Positions 42,010 through 55,219 of a DNA stretch of 64,000 nucleotides are shown here, one piece after another. The DNA comes from Octopus vulgaris (taxonomy: Eukaryota). Each line of letters opens with the position of its first letter. The stretch's first letter is position 1. The position numbers and the translations under genes are program-made. The notes below the pieces were generated by a model. It ran no database searches and had not been told where the DNA came from. It worked only from the letters and a program-made list of their open reading frames with translations. The stretch spans positions 29,946,001 through 30,010,000 of the forward strand of contig OX597824.1 of NCBI GenBank assembly GCA_951406725.2, written 5' to 3'.

Positions 42010-42420
42010 CTCTCTCTCTCTCTCTCTCTCTGTCTGTCTCTCTATCTCTCTCTCTATCTATCTATTAATAAATTTCAAGGTAGTAAAAAAAATTTAGAAA
42101 AATTCTTTGCTACCATTCGTCTAGCGAGAAGAAACAACTAGTCAATTGACTATATATTATTCATATGAAAATATAGAAATACAGTGTACATTTAAACACA
42201 TAAGAGATGGCCATAACAGGACATCTGACTCGCTAGAAAGAGTAGTTAAACTACAAACCACTATTAGGGGTAATTTCGAAAGGGAATGAAAAATAAAAAC
42301 ATTTACCCTCTATTTCCTGTAACAAGCATGGTTTCAAGCAATCTTTAGTAAATAAAATAATTTACAATTGGCGAAGCTATCATCAGCAGGAAATGTACAC
42401 TGTATTTTTATATCTATCTA

Positions 42421-42467
<47 letters not shown>

Positions 42468-42612
42468 CTATTTAAATATGGATGTTCTATCGAAACAAAC
42501 AATACTACGTAGATAGCATAACAGAAATTCTCATATTGGCTTTTGGTGCACATTCACTCTTGTTTATATTACTAGCGGGAAAATGAATCCCCGTCATCTT
42601 CAGCGCCTAGAA

Positions 42613-42658
42613 CACCAGATCAGGTGATTTCGACTTCCTTTGGTTTCTTCAATGATGG
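42613..42658 (-). ncRNA. Type I hammerhead motif, unit 1
   Basis: CATCA-TTGAAGA-AACCAAAGGAAGTC-GAAA-TCA-CC-TGA-TC-TGGTG. Confidence 0.6.
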
Positions 42659-42957
42659 ACGTTCAACCGCTAGAGACCGCAGCAACTCGACCTACAGCAA
42701 TATACAGAAAAACAGTGCTAGAACAGGCGCTGGTGTCGCGATTAGCTAGTGAGCTTGGCATAAATATATATTCGTGATAGTGGCAGTATTAACACCGAAG
42801 GATAATAGTTATCCCTATTTAAACGTGCGTGTTCTATTAGAACTTTATTGCGGTAGATACCATGAGAGAAAATTTTATATTGGGTTTTCATACAAAATGC
42901 ACTCTAGTTAATATTGCTAAAAGAGAGATTAAATTTCCATCATCTCCAGTGTTTAGG

Positions 42958-43004
42958 CCACCAGATCAAGTGATTTCGACCTCCCTTGGGCTCTTCAATA
43001 ATGG
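42958..43004 (-). ncRNA. Type I hammerhead motif, unit 2
   Basis: CCATTA-TTGAAGA-GCCC-AAGGGA-GGTC-GAAA-TCA-CT-TGA-TC-TGGTGG; AUC site. Confidence 0.65.
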
Positions 43005-43201
43005 ACACTCGACCGCTAGAGATAGTAGCGGCTCCTCTCCCCATCAGCGATATATGGAAAAAACAGTGCCAGAACAGGCGGTGATGTCGCGATTAGCCAG
43101 TAAGCATGTAAAAACATATATATCGGCGACAGGGGCTGTACATATATGTGTGTGAGCGCGCGCGTATGTATACATACATATATATGTGCGTGCGTGCGCG
43201 C

Positions 43202-43232
<31 letters not shown>

Positions 43233-43457
43233 TCTGTGTGTCTGTGTGTGTGTGTGTACAAAAAAGGGAGAGACAGCGAGGCAAACCAAATCTGTGGCGA
43301 CTAAAAGAGATCTCAATATGTTGTTGTTGGAAATAAAGTAAATTTATTGAATGACATGAATATGGAACATATATTCAGGACTTTGTGTTTCTGAGCTGTG
43401 ATTCACTACAGGTAGCACTTTATCAATTTTTGCAAGTATAGTGTATGTTCGAAGGAG

Positions 43458-43777
43458 CACTCCGCCGGTCACGACGACGAGGGTCCCAGCCGATACAATG
43501 AACGGAACAGCTTGCTCCTGAAATTAACGTGCAAGTGACTGAGCAATCCACAGACACGTGTGCCCCTAAGGTAGTTCTCAGGGAGATTCAGAGTGACACA
43601 GAGTGTGACAAGGCCGGCCCTTCGAAATACAGGTGCAACTCATTTTTGCCAGCTGAGTGGACTGGAGCAACGTGAAATAAAGTGTCTAGCTCAAGAACAC
43701 AACGCGTCGCCGGGAATCGAACTCACGACCTTACAATCGTGAGCCGAATGCCCTAACCACTAAGCCACGCACCTTCA
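43458..43777 (-). mobile_element. SINE family C, full length
   Basis: Homologous to 22077-22395; AGTGTATGTT occurs on both sides (TSD-like). Confidence 0.9.
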
Positions 43778-44165
43778 CAGTGTATGTTTAATGTCTAAAA
43801 AGCGATGAATGTTTAGTGCCGAAAAACATGCATTAAACTTGCAAAAGCTGAAAAAATGCTGCCTGTATCGAATCACTGCGCAGAAACTCGGAGTCCTGCA
43901 TGTATCTGTTCCATACCTGTGTCGTTTAATAAATTTACTCCTTTATTTCCAATGATATTGAGATCTGTTTCTTTTGCTGTCACATATGTGGTTTCTCTTG
44001 CTCACTCTCTCTCTCTCTCGTCTCTCTTTCTCCTTCCTCTCTCTCCCTCCCTCGACTCAGTATCATCTGGGCAATAACCTCATAACAGCAACAGCTGTCG
44101 CCAAAGCCCCTAAACAGTTGCGATTTATGATTAAAGCCTGTTCATTCTATTTCCTTGCTTTATAA

Positions 44166-44202
<37 letters not shown>

Positions 44203-44280
44203 GAGAGAGAGAAAGAAAGAGAGAGAGAGAGTGAGGATAAACACACATGGATACACAGACAGACTGACAGAGAGACAGAC

Positions 44281-44351
<71 letters not shown>

Positions 44352-44380
44352 CAGACTGACAGACAGACAGACAGACAGAC

Positions 44381-44457
<77 letters not shown>

Positions 44458-44639
44458 TTCCCAGCACTACCACTCAGCCATCTCTGCCATCACCACAACT
44501 ACCGCATCTACCATCTTTCATCTTGCTCTGGCTGTGCTTCAGATTCCATATTCTAAGAGTACCTCCAAACCCTCTGCCAGACTGCGAAACAATCCTCAAC
44601 ATCGGTATTCAATGTTGACAAGGTTTGCTCGCATGATTT

Positions 44640-45036
44640 ATTGTTCTGGTTATTCTTCTTGTTGATGTTGTTAGTCTTGGTGATAGTAGTGGTGATGGTG
44701 GTGGTGGTGGTGGTGTTGGTGGTGGTGGTGGTGGTGGTGGTGGTGGTGGTGGTGGTGGTTGGTGGTGGCGGCGGCGGTGGTGGTGGTGGTGGTGGTGGTG
44801 ATGGTGGTGGTGGTGTTGGTGGTGGCGGCGGCGGTGGCAGCGTTGTTGTTGCTGTTGTTGTTATTCTTGGTGGCGGCGGTGGTGTTGGTGGTGGTGATGG
44901 TGGTTGTTGTTGTTGGTGGTGGTGGTGATTGTTGTTGGTAGTGATTGTTGTTGTTGTTGTTGGTGATGGTGGTGTTTGATTGTTGTTCTTGTTGCTGTTG
45001 CTGTTGCTGTTGTTGTTGTTGGTGGTGGTGTTGCTG

Positions 45037-45084
<48 letters not shown>

Positions 45085-45145
45085 GTTTGTGATTGTTGTT
45101 GTTGTTGTTGGTGGTGATGGTGATTGTTATTGTTGTTGTTGTTAC
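44640..45145. repeat. Compound (GGT)n/(GTT)n tract
   Basis: Directly visible. Confidence 0.95.
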
Positions 45146-45148
45146 TCA

Positions 45149-45523
45149 TTCCAGATTACAAGTTCAAGTTTATACCTGCAATTATTGGGGCTCTGGGATA
45201 TGTAGCACACTGCCTAAATACCAATATTGAGAAATTCGGCTTCTCAAAACCAAAAAGGAGAAAACTTATTCGAAGACTACAGTTCCAATGCATCACTGGA
45301 ACTGTAAAAATCTGTAAAACTTTCCAGAAGTTTATCATTTAGGTATATATAAGCATGTCTAGATATGCAACTATATACATGAGAATACGTACATAAAACA
45401 AAACATACAATACTGTACATATGCATGCATAAAAAATACCCTGTTGTTGATGTTGAAATTCCAGTAAAGGAACCTTGGCTCTTTCTCCATCGGCAAGAAA
45501 TCTTGAAATAAAACTGAGCAATG
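45149..45523 (+). mobile_element. R4/Dong-type LINE 3' end
   Basis: PDYKFKFIPAIIGALGYV...GTVKICKTFQKF* is homologous to YPDYEFTFIPIIIGALGFV near 59340; 3' UTR runs into (TACA)n. Confidence 0.8.
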
Positions 45524-45614
45524 ACATACATACATATATACATACATACATACATACATACATACATACATACATACATACATACATACATACATACATA
45601 CATACATACATACA

Positions 45615-46226
45615 TGATGATGGCCGTCCACTCGTGACCGAGGAAGACCATTGCCGACCTTCAGGAACATTGTGCGCTCTAGGACTAACTTATATTTTGC
45701 ATTTGCGGCTCCGTTGGTGGCTAATGAGCCCTGCTCTTGACAAGCATACACGACTGCAAACATTGCAGACCAAGCTTTCCCCATTCACTATACGAGTCGT
45801 GAGCTTTCGCGCAGCTCGCTTAAGTTCTTCATGCTGGATACGTGCTCTCTCAAAAGTGTCGATCCCCTCCTTAACTTGCTTCCTCCATCTGTGGCGATGA
45901 CAGGCATTGTTCTCCCAGTCAGTGTCCTGCATATCACAGGCCTTTAATGAGGACTTGACACAGTCCTTAAATCGCAGCCTTGCTTTCTGCCGGAGTCTCC
46001 TTCCATTCACAAGTTCTCCATAGAGCATCTGCTTAGGAATCCTGCTATCCCTCATTCTAATAAGGTGTTCAGTCGAACGTAACCGGTGCTTGTGCACCAT
46101 CGCCTCAATACTCAAAATATCAGCTGTCTTCAGGACCTTGTCTGGAATTTTTGAGGTCCAGCCAACATTGAGAATGTGTCTGAGACATCTCTGATGAAAG
46201 CGTTCAAGGATCCTTACCTGACGTTT
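45615..46226 (-). mobile_element. RTE-clade LINE 3' fragment (ORF C-terminus with C2H2 finger)
   Basis: LERFHQRCLRHIL...RIPKQMLYGEL...RFKDCVKSSLK...CNVCSRVCLSRAGLISHQR; (CAT)n tail; (TACA)n on both sides. Confidence 0.9.
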
Positions 46227-46313
46227 GTACATACATACATACATACATACATACATACATACATACATACATACATACATACATACATACATACATACGT
46301 ATATACATACAAG

Positions 46314-46408
46314 GTGGTGACAGTGATTTCGACGTTTCGGTCTGTTAGCCTTTATTGGACAGTTCGATGAAGGCTAGCAGTTCGAAACTTCGAAGCCACC
46401 ATCAACAC
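46314..46408. ncRNA. Inverted pair of degenerate minimal hammerhead motifs
   Basis: Plus strand CGATGAAGGCTAGCAGTTCGAAACTTCGAA; minus strand CAATAAAGGCTAACAGACCGAAACGTCGAA. Confidence 0.5.
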
Positions 46409-46932
46409 TGTTCCTGTAAAAGTGAGTTTTAAGTAATCCAGTTTACTGTAAAATTATTTTTATAACTGGGCATCAAAAACACACATTGATATATGTGCAT
46501 GTATGTATGTATGGGTGGATGGATGGATGGATGGATGAATAGATGGATGGATGGATGGATGGATGGATAGATGGATGGATGGATGGATGGATAGATGGAT
46601 TACGTATGTATGTATGCTACAGGCTTCTATGCAGTTCCCTCAACCAAATTCACTCACAAGACATTGGTCAGCCGGTATCATAATAGAAGACACTTGCTCT
46701 AGATGCCGTGCAATGGGATTGAACCCGAAGACAAATAACTGCTAAGTGAGCTTCTTATCGATACAACCACGTCTGCATTTCTTCGTTTATTTTTTTAATC
46801 CGTTTTTCTTTTCCGTTTTTTTTTATGAAATTACATAAATCCTAAGATGTTTGCATTTTTAAATACAAAATATTGTCCCTTGACGTCTCTGGTTGAGCCT
46901 TAAGCGCAGCTTCTGTAAATTACAGGAAAAAC

Positions 46933-46987
<55 letters not shown>

Positions 46988-46989
<2 letters not shown>

Positions 46990-47133
46990 GCGGTTCGGCA
47001 AAAGAGACCGATAGAATAAGTACTGGGCTTACAAAGAATAAGTCCCGGGGTCGATTTGCTCGACTAAAGGCGGTGCTCCAGCATGGCCACAGTCAAATGA
47101 CTGAAACAAGTAAAAGAGTAAAAGAGTAAAAGA

Positions 47134-47135
<2 letters not shown>
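46988..47135 (+). mobile_element. 3' half of SINE family A inside (AAT)n
   Basis: 5'-truncated near-consensus copy with (AAT)n on both sides. Confidence 0.9.
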
Positions 47136-47218
<83 letters not shown>

Positions 47219-47397
47219 GCTCATGTATTTTAATTTAACTGCTCATGTATTTAAAAAAAAAACTATTGAGATTGGTTTAATGGCCTACCAATGTATACTA
47301 TGAGTTTCTTTGCCCTAGGAGTCGGGAAGACACTCGGCAAGAAATGGAAGCAAATTTGAAAGAAGAAAAAAAAAAGTAATAAAAATAATAATAATAA

Positions 47398-47945
47398 ATG
47401 CCTTGATGCATTAACAGGCAATGGTTCTCATGACTTCTGATCTGAACTGATTGGAAGTGTTGTAATGTACATTGATTTGCCTTGCTATAAAAGAAGGGCT
47501 ACAGTAAATATTCTGCTCAATACCACAGATTTGCTTGTCAGTTGTTTGACCTTAAACGGTTGAAGATGACCTTTTTGATTAATGATATGTGCATCTCTGA
47601 TCATGAGTAGAAGTAGTGAGGGAGCATCATAGCCATGTGTTAAGAGGAATTCTTTGGGGGTTGAATAATTCAACTCTAGAAATATGGGTGTTATGTTTAA
47701 CATCCTTAAACAATCCTTCTTCAGGGACATTTTTAGCGGGATGGGCTACTCGAGCTGACGAAATTTCTAACTGGGCCTCGCCTGCAAAATGTCTATCTTG
47801 ATATGAGATTACCATGTCGCGCACATATGGCTGTGATGCATGTACCTGGTGTTCCCTTATCAGACGGGTAGTCATGATGGGTATATTGGACTTCGTATAT
47901 TTGTACCCCAGTGTCACCTTGATGGCATGCACTGCTCTCTCACTC
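47398..47945. mobile_element. Unclassified ~550-bp insertion in (AAT)n
   Basis: Complex sequence bounded on both sides by AAT runs; no recognisable ORF. Confidence 0.45.
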
Positions 47946-47967
47946 AATAACAACAATAATAATAATT

Positions 47968-48167
47968 TTGACACAAGGTCAGCAATTTCAAGGAAAGAAG
48001 TCGATTACATCGGCCCCAGTGCTCAACTGGTACTTATTTTATCGACCCCCGAAAGAGATGAAAGGCAAATTCAGGCCCGGCGGAATTTGAACTCAAAACG
48101 TAAAGCCGGAAGAAATACCGCTAAGTATTTTGTCCGGCGCTTTAACGATTCTACCAGCTCGCCGCCT
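47968..48167 (-). mobile_element. SINE family B
   Basis: Head and central block. Confidence 0.85.
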
Positions 48168-48497
48168 TACCACTGATATGGTTAATAATTGATGTTATGC
48201 CGCAAGGAAAGGCACGTGTAGTCGAAGTCCATAAAACGAATGGTAGATTTCAATGTGGAATATTCCACATGAACCACGTTTAATGTGGAAACACCACAGA
48301 TATGGAGGATTGCCAAATGTTATAAAAGCCGGCTTTGGAACTGTTTCACCCATTTTTGCCAATTAAAAATATTTTCTATCTGTCTGTGTCTGAAGTTGGT
48401 TTACGTATGTTTTCTTCTCTTCTTTTCTTTCCTAACATCCTCCGTTTCTTCTTTACGCTGCTTTTTTTTTTGTATACATACCGATACGAACGGATGA

Positions 48498-48533
<36 letters not shown>

Positions 48534-48546
48534 ACATATATATATG

Positions 48547-48617
<71 letters not shown>

Positions 48618-48620
<3 letters not shown>

Positions 48621-49047
48621 CGCAGGAGTGGCTGTGTGGTAAGTAGCTTGTTTACCAACCACATGGTTCTGGGTTTAGTCCCACTGCGTGGCACCTTGGG
48701 CAAGTGTCTTCTGCTATAGCCTCGGGCCGACCAAAGCCTTGTGAGTGGATTTGGTAGACGGAAACTGAAAGAAGCCCGTCGTATATATGTATATATATAT
48801 ATATATATATACGTGTGTGTGTGTGTTTGTGCGTCTGTGTTTGTCCCCCTCGCATTGCTTGACAACCGATGCTGGTGTGTTTATGTCCCCGTTACTTAGC
48901 GGTTCGGCAAAAAGAGACCGATAGAATAAGTACTGGGCTTACAAAAAGAATAAGTCCCGGGGTCGAGTTGCTCGATTAAAGGCGGTGCTCCAGCATGGCC
49001 GCAGTCAAATGACTGAAACAAGTAAAAGAGTAAAGAGAGAGTAAAAA

Positions 49048-49048
<1 letters not shown>
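48618..49048 (+). mobile_element. SINE family A, full length
   Basis: Near-consensus copy within (TA)n. Confidence 0.9.
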
Positions 49049-49094
<46 letters not shown>

Positions 49095-49667
49095 TATTCT
49101 TAGCCAGACAAACATACACACCTGCACACACACATTTACATTCATAAACATACGTGCCCACGTACACATACACACACATCATGTTTTTTTTTATTCTTTT
49201 ACTTGCTCCAGTCATCAGAATGTGACCATGCTGGGGCATTACCTTGAAGAATTTTTAACTGAACGAATCGACCCCGGTGTTTATTTTTGAAAGCCCAGTA
49301 CTTATTCCATCGGTCTCTTTTGTCAAGCCGCTAAGATACAGCGACATAAACACACCAACACTGGTTGTGTGGCGGTGGTGGTGTGGTGGTAGTGGTGGTG
49401 GTGGTGGTGGTGGTGTAGGTGGTGGTGGTTTTGGTGGTGGTGGTGGTGGTGGTGGTGATGGTGATGGTGGTAGTGGTGGGGCTGAGGGATAAACACCGAT
49501 ATACACACTCACACACATATATATTATATATCTATATATATTTATCAATATATATATACTGTATGTATATATCCTTTATATATACTATATATGATGTATA
49601 TATCCTTTAAGTTCATTTATGTGAAATGCTATTTATGCTACTCATAAATGCTAAATTTATATATATA

Positions 49668-49736
<69 letters not shown>

Positions 49737-50164
49737 ATGTATGTCTCTATGCATCTATGCATATATGTATGTATAAATAAATGAGATCGTTTGTAAAAAT
49801 TAATTGATGCGGTCATAATAATTAAAAAAAATTTTTTTAAGTTATTAACTATTTAAAAGAAAATTTAATCAGGTGTTACTAACCTTTGTGGAAGAAGTTT
49901 GCGTATAATGTGTATTTTGTGTGTAAGTGCTTTCGTTATTCAACTTTCAAACACACGTATTCTGCGCTCATGCGCATACAGGAGGTTATATTCAGTAAGT
50001 ATTGACTATTTTCGGTTTTGTTTAGGATTTAGACTACTTATAAAGTATTCACTTGTCTTTCGTAATTGAGCGTTGCGTGTGTGTGCGTGTGTGTGTGTTT
50101 GTGTATGTGTGTATGTGTATGTTTATATGCATACATACCTCCGGGGTTTTTTCTTCTCTCCATC

Positions 50165-50563
50165 TCTTTACTCTTTTTACTCTTTTACTTGTTTCAGTCA
50201 TTTGACTGCGGCCATGCTGGAGCACCGCCTTTAGTCGAGCAAATCGACCCCGGGACTTATTCTTTGTAAGCCCAGTACTTATTCTATCGGTCTATTTTGC
50301 CGAACCGCTAATTGACGGGGACGTAAACACACCAGCATCGGTTGTCAAGCAATGCTAGGGGGACAAACACACACATACATATGTATATATACATATATAC
50401 GACAGGCTTCTTTCAGTTTCCGTCTACCAAATCCACTCACAAGGCATTGGTCGGCCCGGGGCTATAGCAGAAGACACTTGCCCAAGATGCCACGCAGTGG
50501 GACTGAACCCGGAACCATGTGGTTGGTTAGCAAGCTACTTACCACACAGCCACTCCTGCGCCT
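50165..50563 (-). mobile_element. SINE family A, full length
   Basis: Near-consensus copy. Confidence 0.9.
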
Positions 50564-50584
50564 ATCTGTTTTCTTGTTTCATTC

Positions 50585-50619
50585 CTTTCTGAGAAGAGCG
50601 CAAGCTCGAAATGTCAAAG
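50585..50619 (+). ncRNA. Minimal hammerhead motif in the ~200-nt element family
   Basis: CTTT-CTGAGAA-GAGC-GCAA-GCTC-GAAA-TG-TC-AAAG; GCAA tetraloop. Confidence 0.6.
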
Positions 50620-51204
50620 ACACTTCAACTTCTGAGCGTCAAACTAACACAACCTGTTTATTATTCCCTCACGTGCGTTTGTCTTTTGTCTTTTGCTTTC
50701 GTATAATTTTAAACTGTACCTATTCATACATAGATACGTACATACACACACACACATACATACATACATACTTACATATATCTTACATATTTGTCTTGTG
50801 CTGTCATTGTTTCAGGATAACAATCGTCTTAGGATGCATGAATACGCAGAAACTAAAGAGTAAAAACTACAACTCAGTTAATTGAATTAGCTATACTCCA
50901 CTTCTTGCATTGAGTGTTCTTGTCTCTTTCGTTACCATTAACATGCCTGTGTATACCTACATGAACACATGCACATGTGTGTGTGTGTGCGTGTGTGTGT
51001 GTGTGTGTATGTGTGCCTCTGTGTGTGTGTATGTGTGTGTGTGTGTGTGTATGTGTGCCTCTGTATGTGTTTGTGTGAGTGTGTGTGTGTATGTGTGCAT
51101 CTGTGTGTGTGTGTGTTTCTGTGTGTGTGTGTGTGTATGTGTGCCTCTGTGTGTGTGTGTGTATGTGTGTGTGTATGTGTGTCTCTGTGTGTGTGTATGT
51201 GTGC

Positions 51205-51299
<95 letters not shown>

Positions 51300-52052
51300 T
51301 GTGTGTGTGTATACAGACAAAAAACCAAGAATTCATATTCTCTAGAGAACAGACCAGCAAATATCAGGGTCGAATAACTTTTTTTTTCTTCTTTTTTTTT
51401 CCTTTTGTCATTCTTCGACCGTTTAAATATCTTTACAATAAACATGTCACATCGTTTCACCAATGCCAAAATCTATCTAGAGAACGAGAGAGAGAGCAGG
51501 ACAGGAAAAGCGATATAGTGACAGAAAGAAACACATACGGAGAGGAAGAAACAGAAAGAACAATAGAGAGAGCGAGAGAGACAGAGACAGAGAGAGAGAG
51601 AGAGGGAGAGAGAGAGAGAGACTGAATGGAATATATAACAGGCTGTTCTACACTTTTTTTCTTTCACTGCTGCTCTCTTTTTGCCTGCTTGCCTGTCTGT
51701 CTGTCGGTCCAGCGGTTGTCTGTCTGTTTGTCTGTCTGAGTGTCTGTCTGCCTCTCTGTCGCTGTCTCTTCCCCCCTCTCTCTCTCTCCCTCTCGTCTCT
51801 AGCCATTTGGAAAACAAGCCATGACAAAAGTTGCCTCACACATCGCTGATGTCAACGTACGACACGCTTTATAGAACACTCACTGATTTATTCACCCATA
51901 CACACACATATACATATATACACACACACGTACGCACACACACACACATACATACATACATACGTTCATACATACATGCATGCATACATACATACATACA
52001 TACATACATACATACATAAATACATATATGTGTGTGTATATATAACTATATC

Positions 52053-52103
<51 letters not shown>

Positions 52104-52104
52104 A

Positions 52105-52365
52105 TATATCACGTGACCAACCAGACTATCGGATGTTATACATCGCTGGTCACAATGCGTTTTCTATCGTTTTAGATTTCGAATGATGCCGCCCTGCTGG
52201 CTAGGCGTGGAGACTAACATCCCACCTCTGATTGGAAGCCTAGCCCGTCGCAAAGGTTCCCACTTTACAGCTGAGGGGGCTGGAACAACGTGAAATGAAG
52301 TGTTTTGCTCAAGAACTAAACGCGCAGCCGATCTGGGAATCGAACTACTAGACCACACGCCTTCA
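52105..52365 (-). mobile_element. SINE family C with the 10412-type tail
   Basis: Tail AACGCATTGTGACCAGCGATG...GGTCACGTGA. Confidence 0.8.
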
Positions 52366-52555
52366 CACACAAACACAAACACACAGCATTAAATTAAAAT
52401 AACCGTCTGTGTATCATGCTTAAGATATATACATCGTTGATAGGCCTGTTATTGTGCGATTTGTCCAGAAATAACATCTCTTATAGACCTGCACTGTTAA
52501 AAGACAATAAATATCGGAAAGATACGAAGCATAGCATCGGCAGTCACTAGCGATA

Positions 52556-52599
52556 ACGCCAGATGCATTTCAGCCTTTTAACGCTTTTTTCAGTGACGT
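52556..52599 (-). ncRNA. Type I hammerhead motif, G8 replaced by A
   Basis: ACGTCA-CTGAAAA-AAGC..GCT-GAAA-TGCA-TC-TGGCGT; 6-bp stem I; palindromic ATGCAT stem III. Confidence 0.6.
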
Positions 52600-52765
52600 A
52601 TACTAACATCCAACCACATTCGTCATCTCTGATATAAGAGACTGTAAATAAGATATATTCACTGATGTTGCAGATAGCCACTTGGTTGAATAAAAATTCG
52701 CTATATGCAATTGAGGCAATATTAAATTAAAATAGACATATTTGTATCACACTTGATGTATATAC

Positions 52766-53216
52766 AGGCGCAGACGAGGCTGCGTGGTAAGAAATTTACT
52801 TCCTAAACACGTGACTCCGGGCTCAGTGCTCCTTCGTGGTTTCTTGGGCAAGTGTCTTCTACAATAGCCTCGGCTCGAATAAAGCCTTGTGAGTGAGTTT
52901 GGTACACGGAAACTGAATAAAACCCATACTATACATATATGCTGTGTGTGTGCGTGTGTGTGTTTGTTTGGGTGGTTGTGTGGCTGTGTCTGTACCTGTG
53001 TGTATCTTTATGCCTGTGCTTGTCCACGCCACTGCTTGATAATCGGTGTTGGTTTGTTTGCCTCTCCATAAGTTAGCGGTTAAGAGACCAATGAAATAAC
53101 AACCAGGCTTTAAAGAAAAATAAGTCCTGGCGTCGATTTGTTCGACTAAAAAAATCTTCAAGGCGGTGCCCCAGCATGGCCGCAGTTTAATGACTGAAGC
53201 AAGTAAAAGATAAAAG
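52766..53216 (+). mobile_element. SINE family A
   Basis: Full-length diverged copy. Confidence 0.85.
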
Positions 53217-53955
53217 ATGCACCGTTGATAGGTCAGTTACAGCGTCCAGAGAGATATATCACTTGTGGACATATGGTCATACCGGATTAAAACGCAATAT
53301 ATATCGGAGGTAGACAAAAAAACCCATAGCTATCTATGCCTATATATATATATATATATATATAAAATTTGAAATTTAAAATAACATCACAGCTGTAACT
53401 CCTGTGATGTTGTTGGTAAAAACACGTTCTTTGTCTATCTCCTTATCGTTTTGGACATTTTGGATAAAATTATACTAATGAGTCCTTCGAATTTAATTAA
53501 TTTCTATATTTTTGTGCAACTGAAGATTGCTCTACATTTTAAAGTGATGTAATGTTTGCATTGTTCAATTAAAAGGAGTCGCATGAAACGATCGTACTGA
53601 ATTACTTCTGGATATCCTTGTTGCTTATTTTGATTATATATATATATTGGACTATTTTACTCTCCCAGTGAGTTATATATTGGTAGCAGATAATTTTTGC
53701 AACTACTTTATCAAAAATGTGTTATTCATCTGTTTGGTAGAGTGGTGTACGTGTGTGCATGAAACTGTAAGCATGTGCACATATGGATGTGTATCTATAA
53801 ATGTATGTGTCACTGTATATATGCGTGTATGAATGTATGCATTTATCTATATATGTATGTAAGTATGTATCAATATATGAATGTATGTATGTATGTACGT
53901 ATGTATGAATGCATATATGTATGTACGTATGTATGTATGCATGTATGTATGTATG

Positions 53956-53989
<34 letters not shown>

Positions 53990-54997
53990 TGTATGTATGT
54001 ATTAATGCATGTATGTATGTATGTACGTAGGTATGTATGTAGGTATGTATATGTAGGTGCACATGTACGCTTGCATGAATATATGTATGTATATATTTCT
54101 GAATGCATGTATGAATGCATGTAGGTATATATGTATACTTGCATGAATGTATGTATGTATGTATCTATGTGAATACATATGTACATATGCATTTGTGTGT
54201 GTGTTCGTGTGTGCATGCTTGTATGTGTATGTATATGTGTGTGTGCGTGCTATATATACATACGATTCAAACCAAAATCCTTGCAATATTAATGTAGCAT
54301 TAATCAGTTTTTCCTCTAAATTTTCCTCTTTCTTTCCCATTTTACATATTTTTAAATATTTTTTTTTTGTTTGGTTACTTTGTTTCCTTTGCAACACCCC
54401 CATCCCACCCCCACCCTTTTGCATTTCTTTTTCTAAAATTAATTTCATTACAACAAATTTTTTCTTTAATTTTTCATTTTCGTTCTCTTTTTATTTTTTT
54501 TTTTTCATTTATTTCCCCCTTTTGCAGTCATTAGTTCAAATTCGATGTTCTGTAAAAAAATTCTTCTGATTTTAACATCACTTTTAGTTTCCCCAATATT
54601 TTATGATCGTCGTAATCAAATCATAAATATTTCTTTTGACATTCTCCATTTGATGAATGGAACCAACTTTCTGGATCATTACTTTACCATTATTTCACCA
54701 TTATTCCATCATTATTCTATCATTATTTTAACGTTGTTTCATACAACGTAAGGGCTGGTTGGCCTTTACTAGATTTCCTTTCCCAAACATTCAAATTTAA
54801 AAGCACTACCCTTAATACTCTTCATGGACTGAATTTTTATTCGATTTTCTACGGAGAAGAAAGAGAGTTGGGATGGGAGAGAAATAAGGAATGAAAAAAA
54901 AAAACGAAGGAAAGACAGAAATGAAAGGATGAGACAGACAAATTGACAGCTAGAGAGGTAGATAAATGCATAAAAACATGCATGTACAAATAGCTCT

Positions 54998-55131
<134 letters not shown>

Positions 55132-55152
55132 GAATGGATGGATTGATGGATG

Positions 55153-55219
<67 letters not shown>

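Larger units (their letters stand above)
42467..43140 (-). mobile_element. Retrozyme-like tandem dimer, period about 347 bp
   Basis: Units 42467-42813 and 42814-43140 align throughout; each has a hammerhead; starts beside (TA)n. Confidence 0.75.
52388..53330 (-). mobile_element. Retrozyme-like partial tandem, period about 333 bp, with second unit interrupted by a SINE
   Basis: ATTAAATTAAAATA...TATATACA recurs at 52388 and 52721; the continuation CGTTGATAGG resumes at about 53222. Confidence 0.6.

Noticed and set aside
53563-53601. GAAACGATCGTA half-hammerhead (similar at about 9527 and 15712)
   Set aside because: No recognisable CTGANGA box upstream, so not counted
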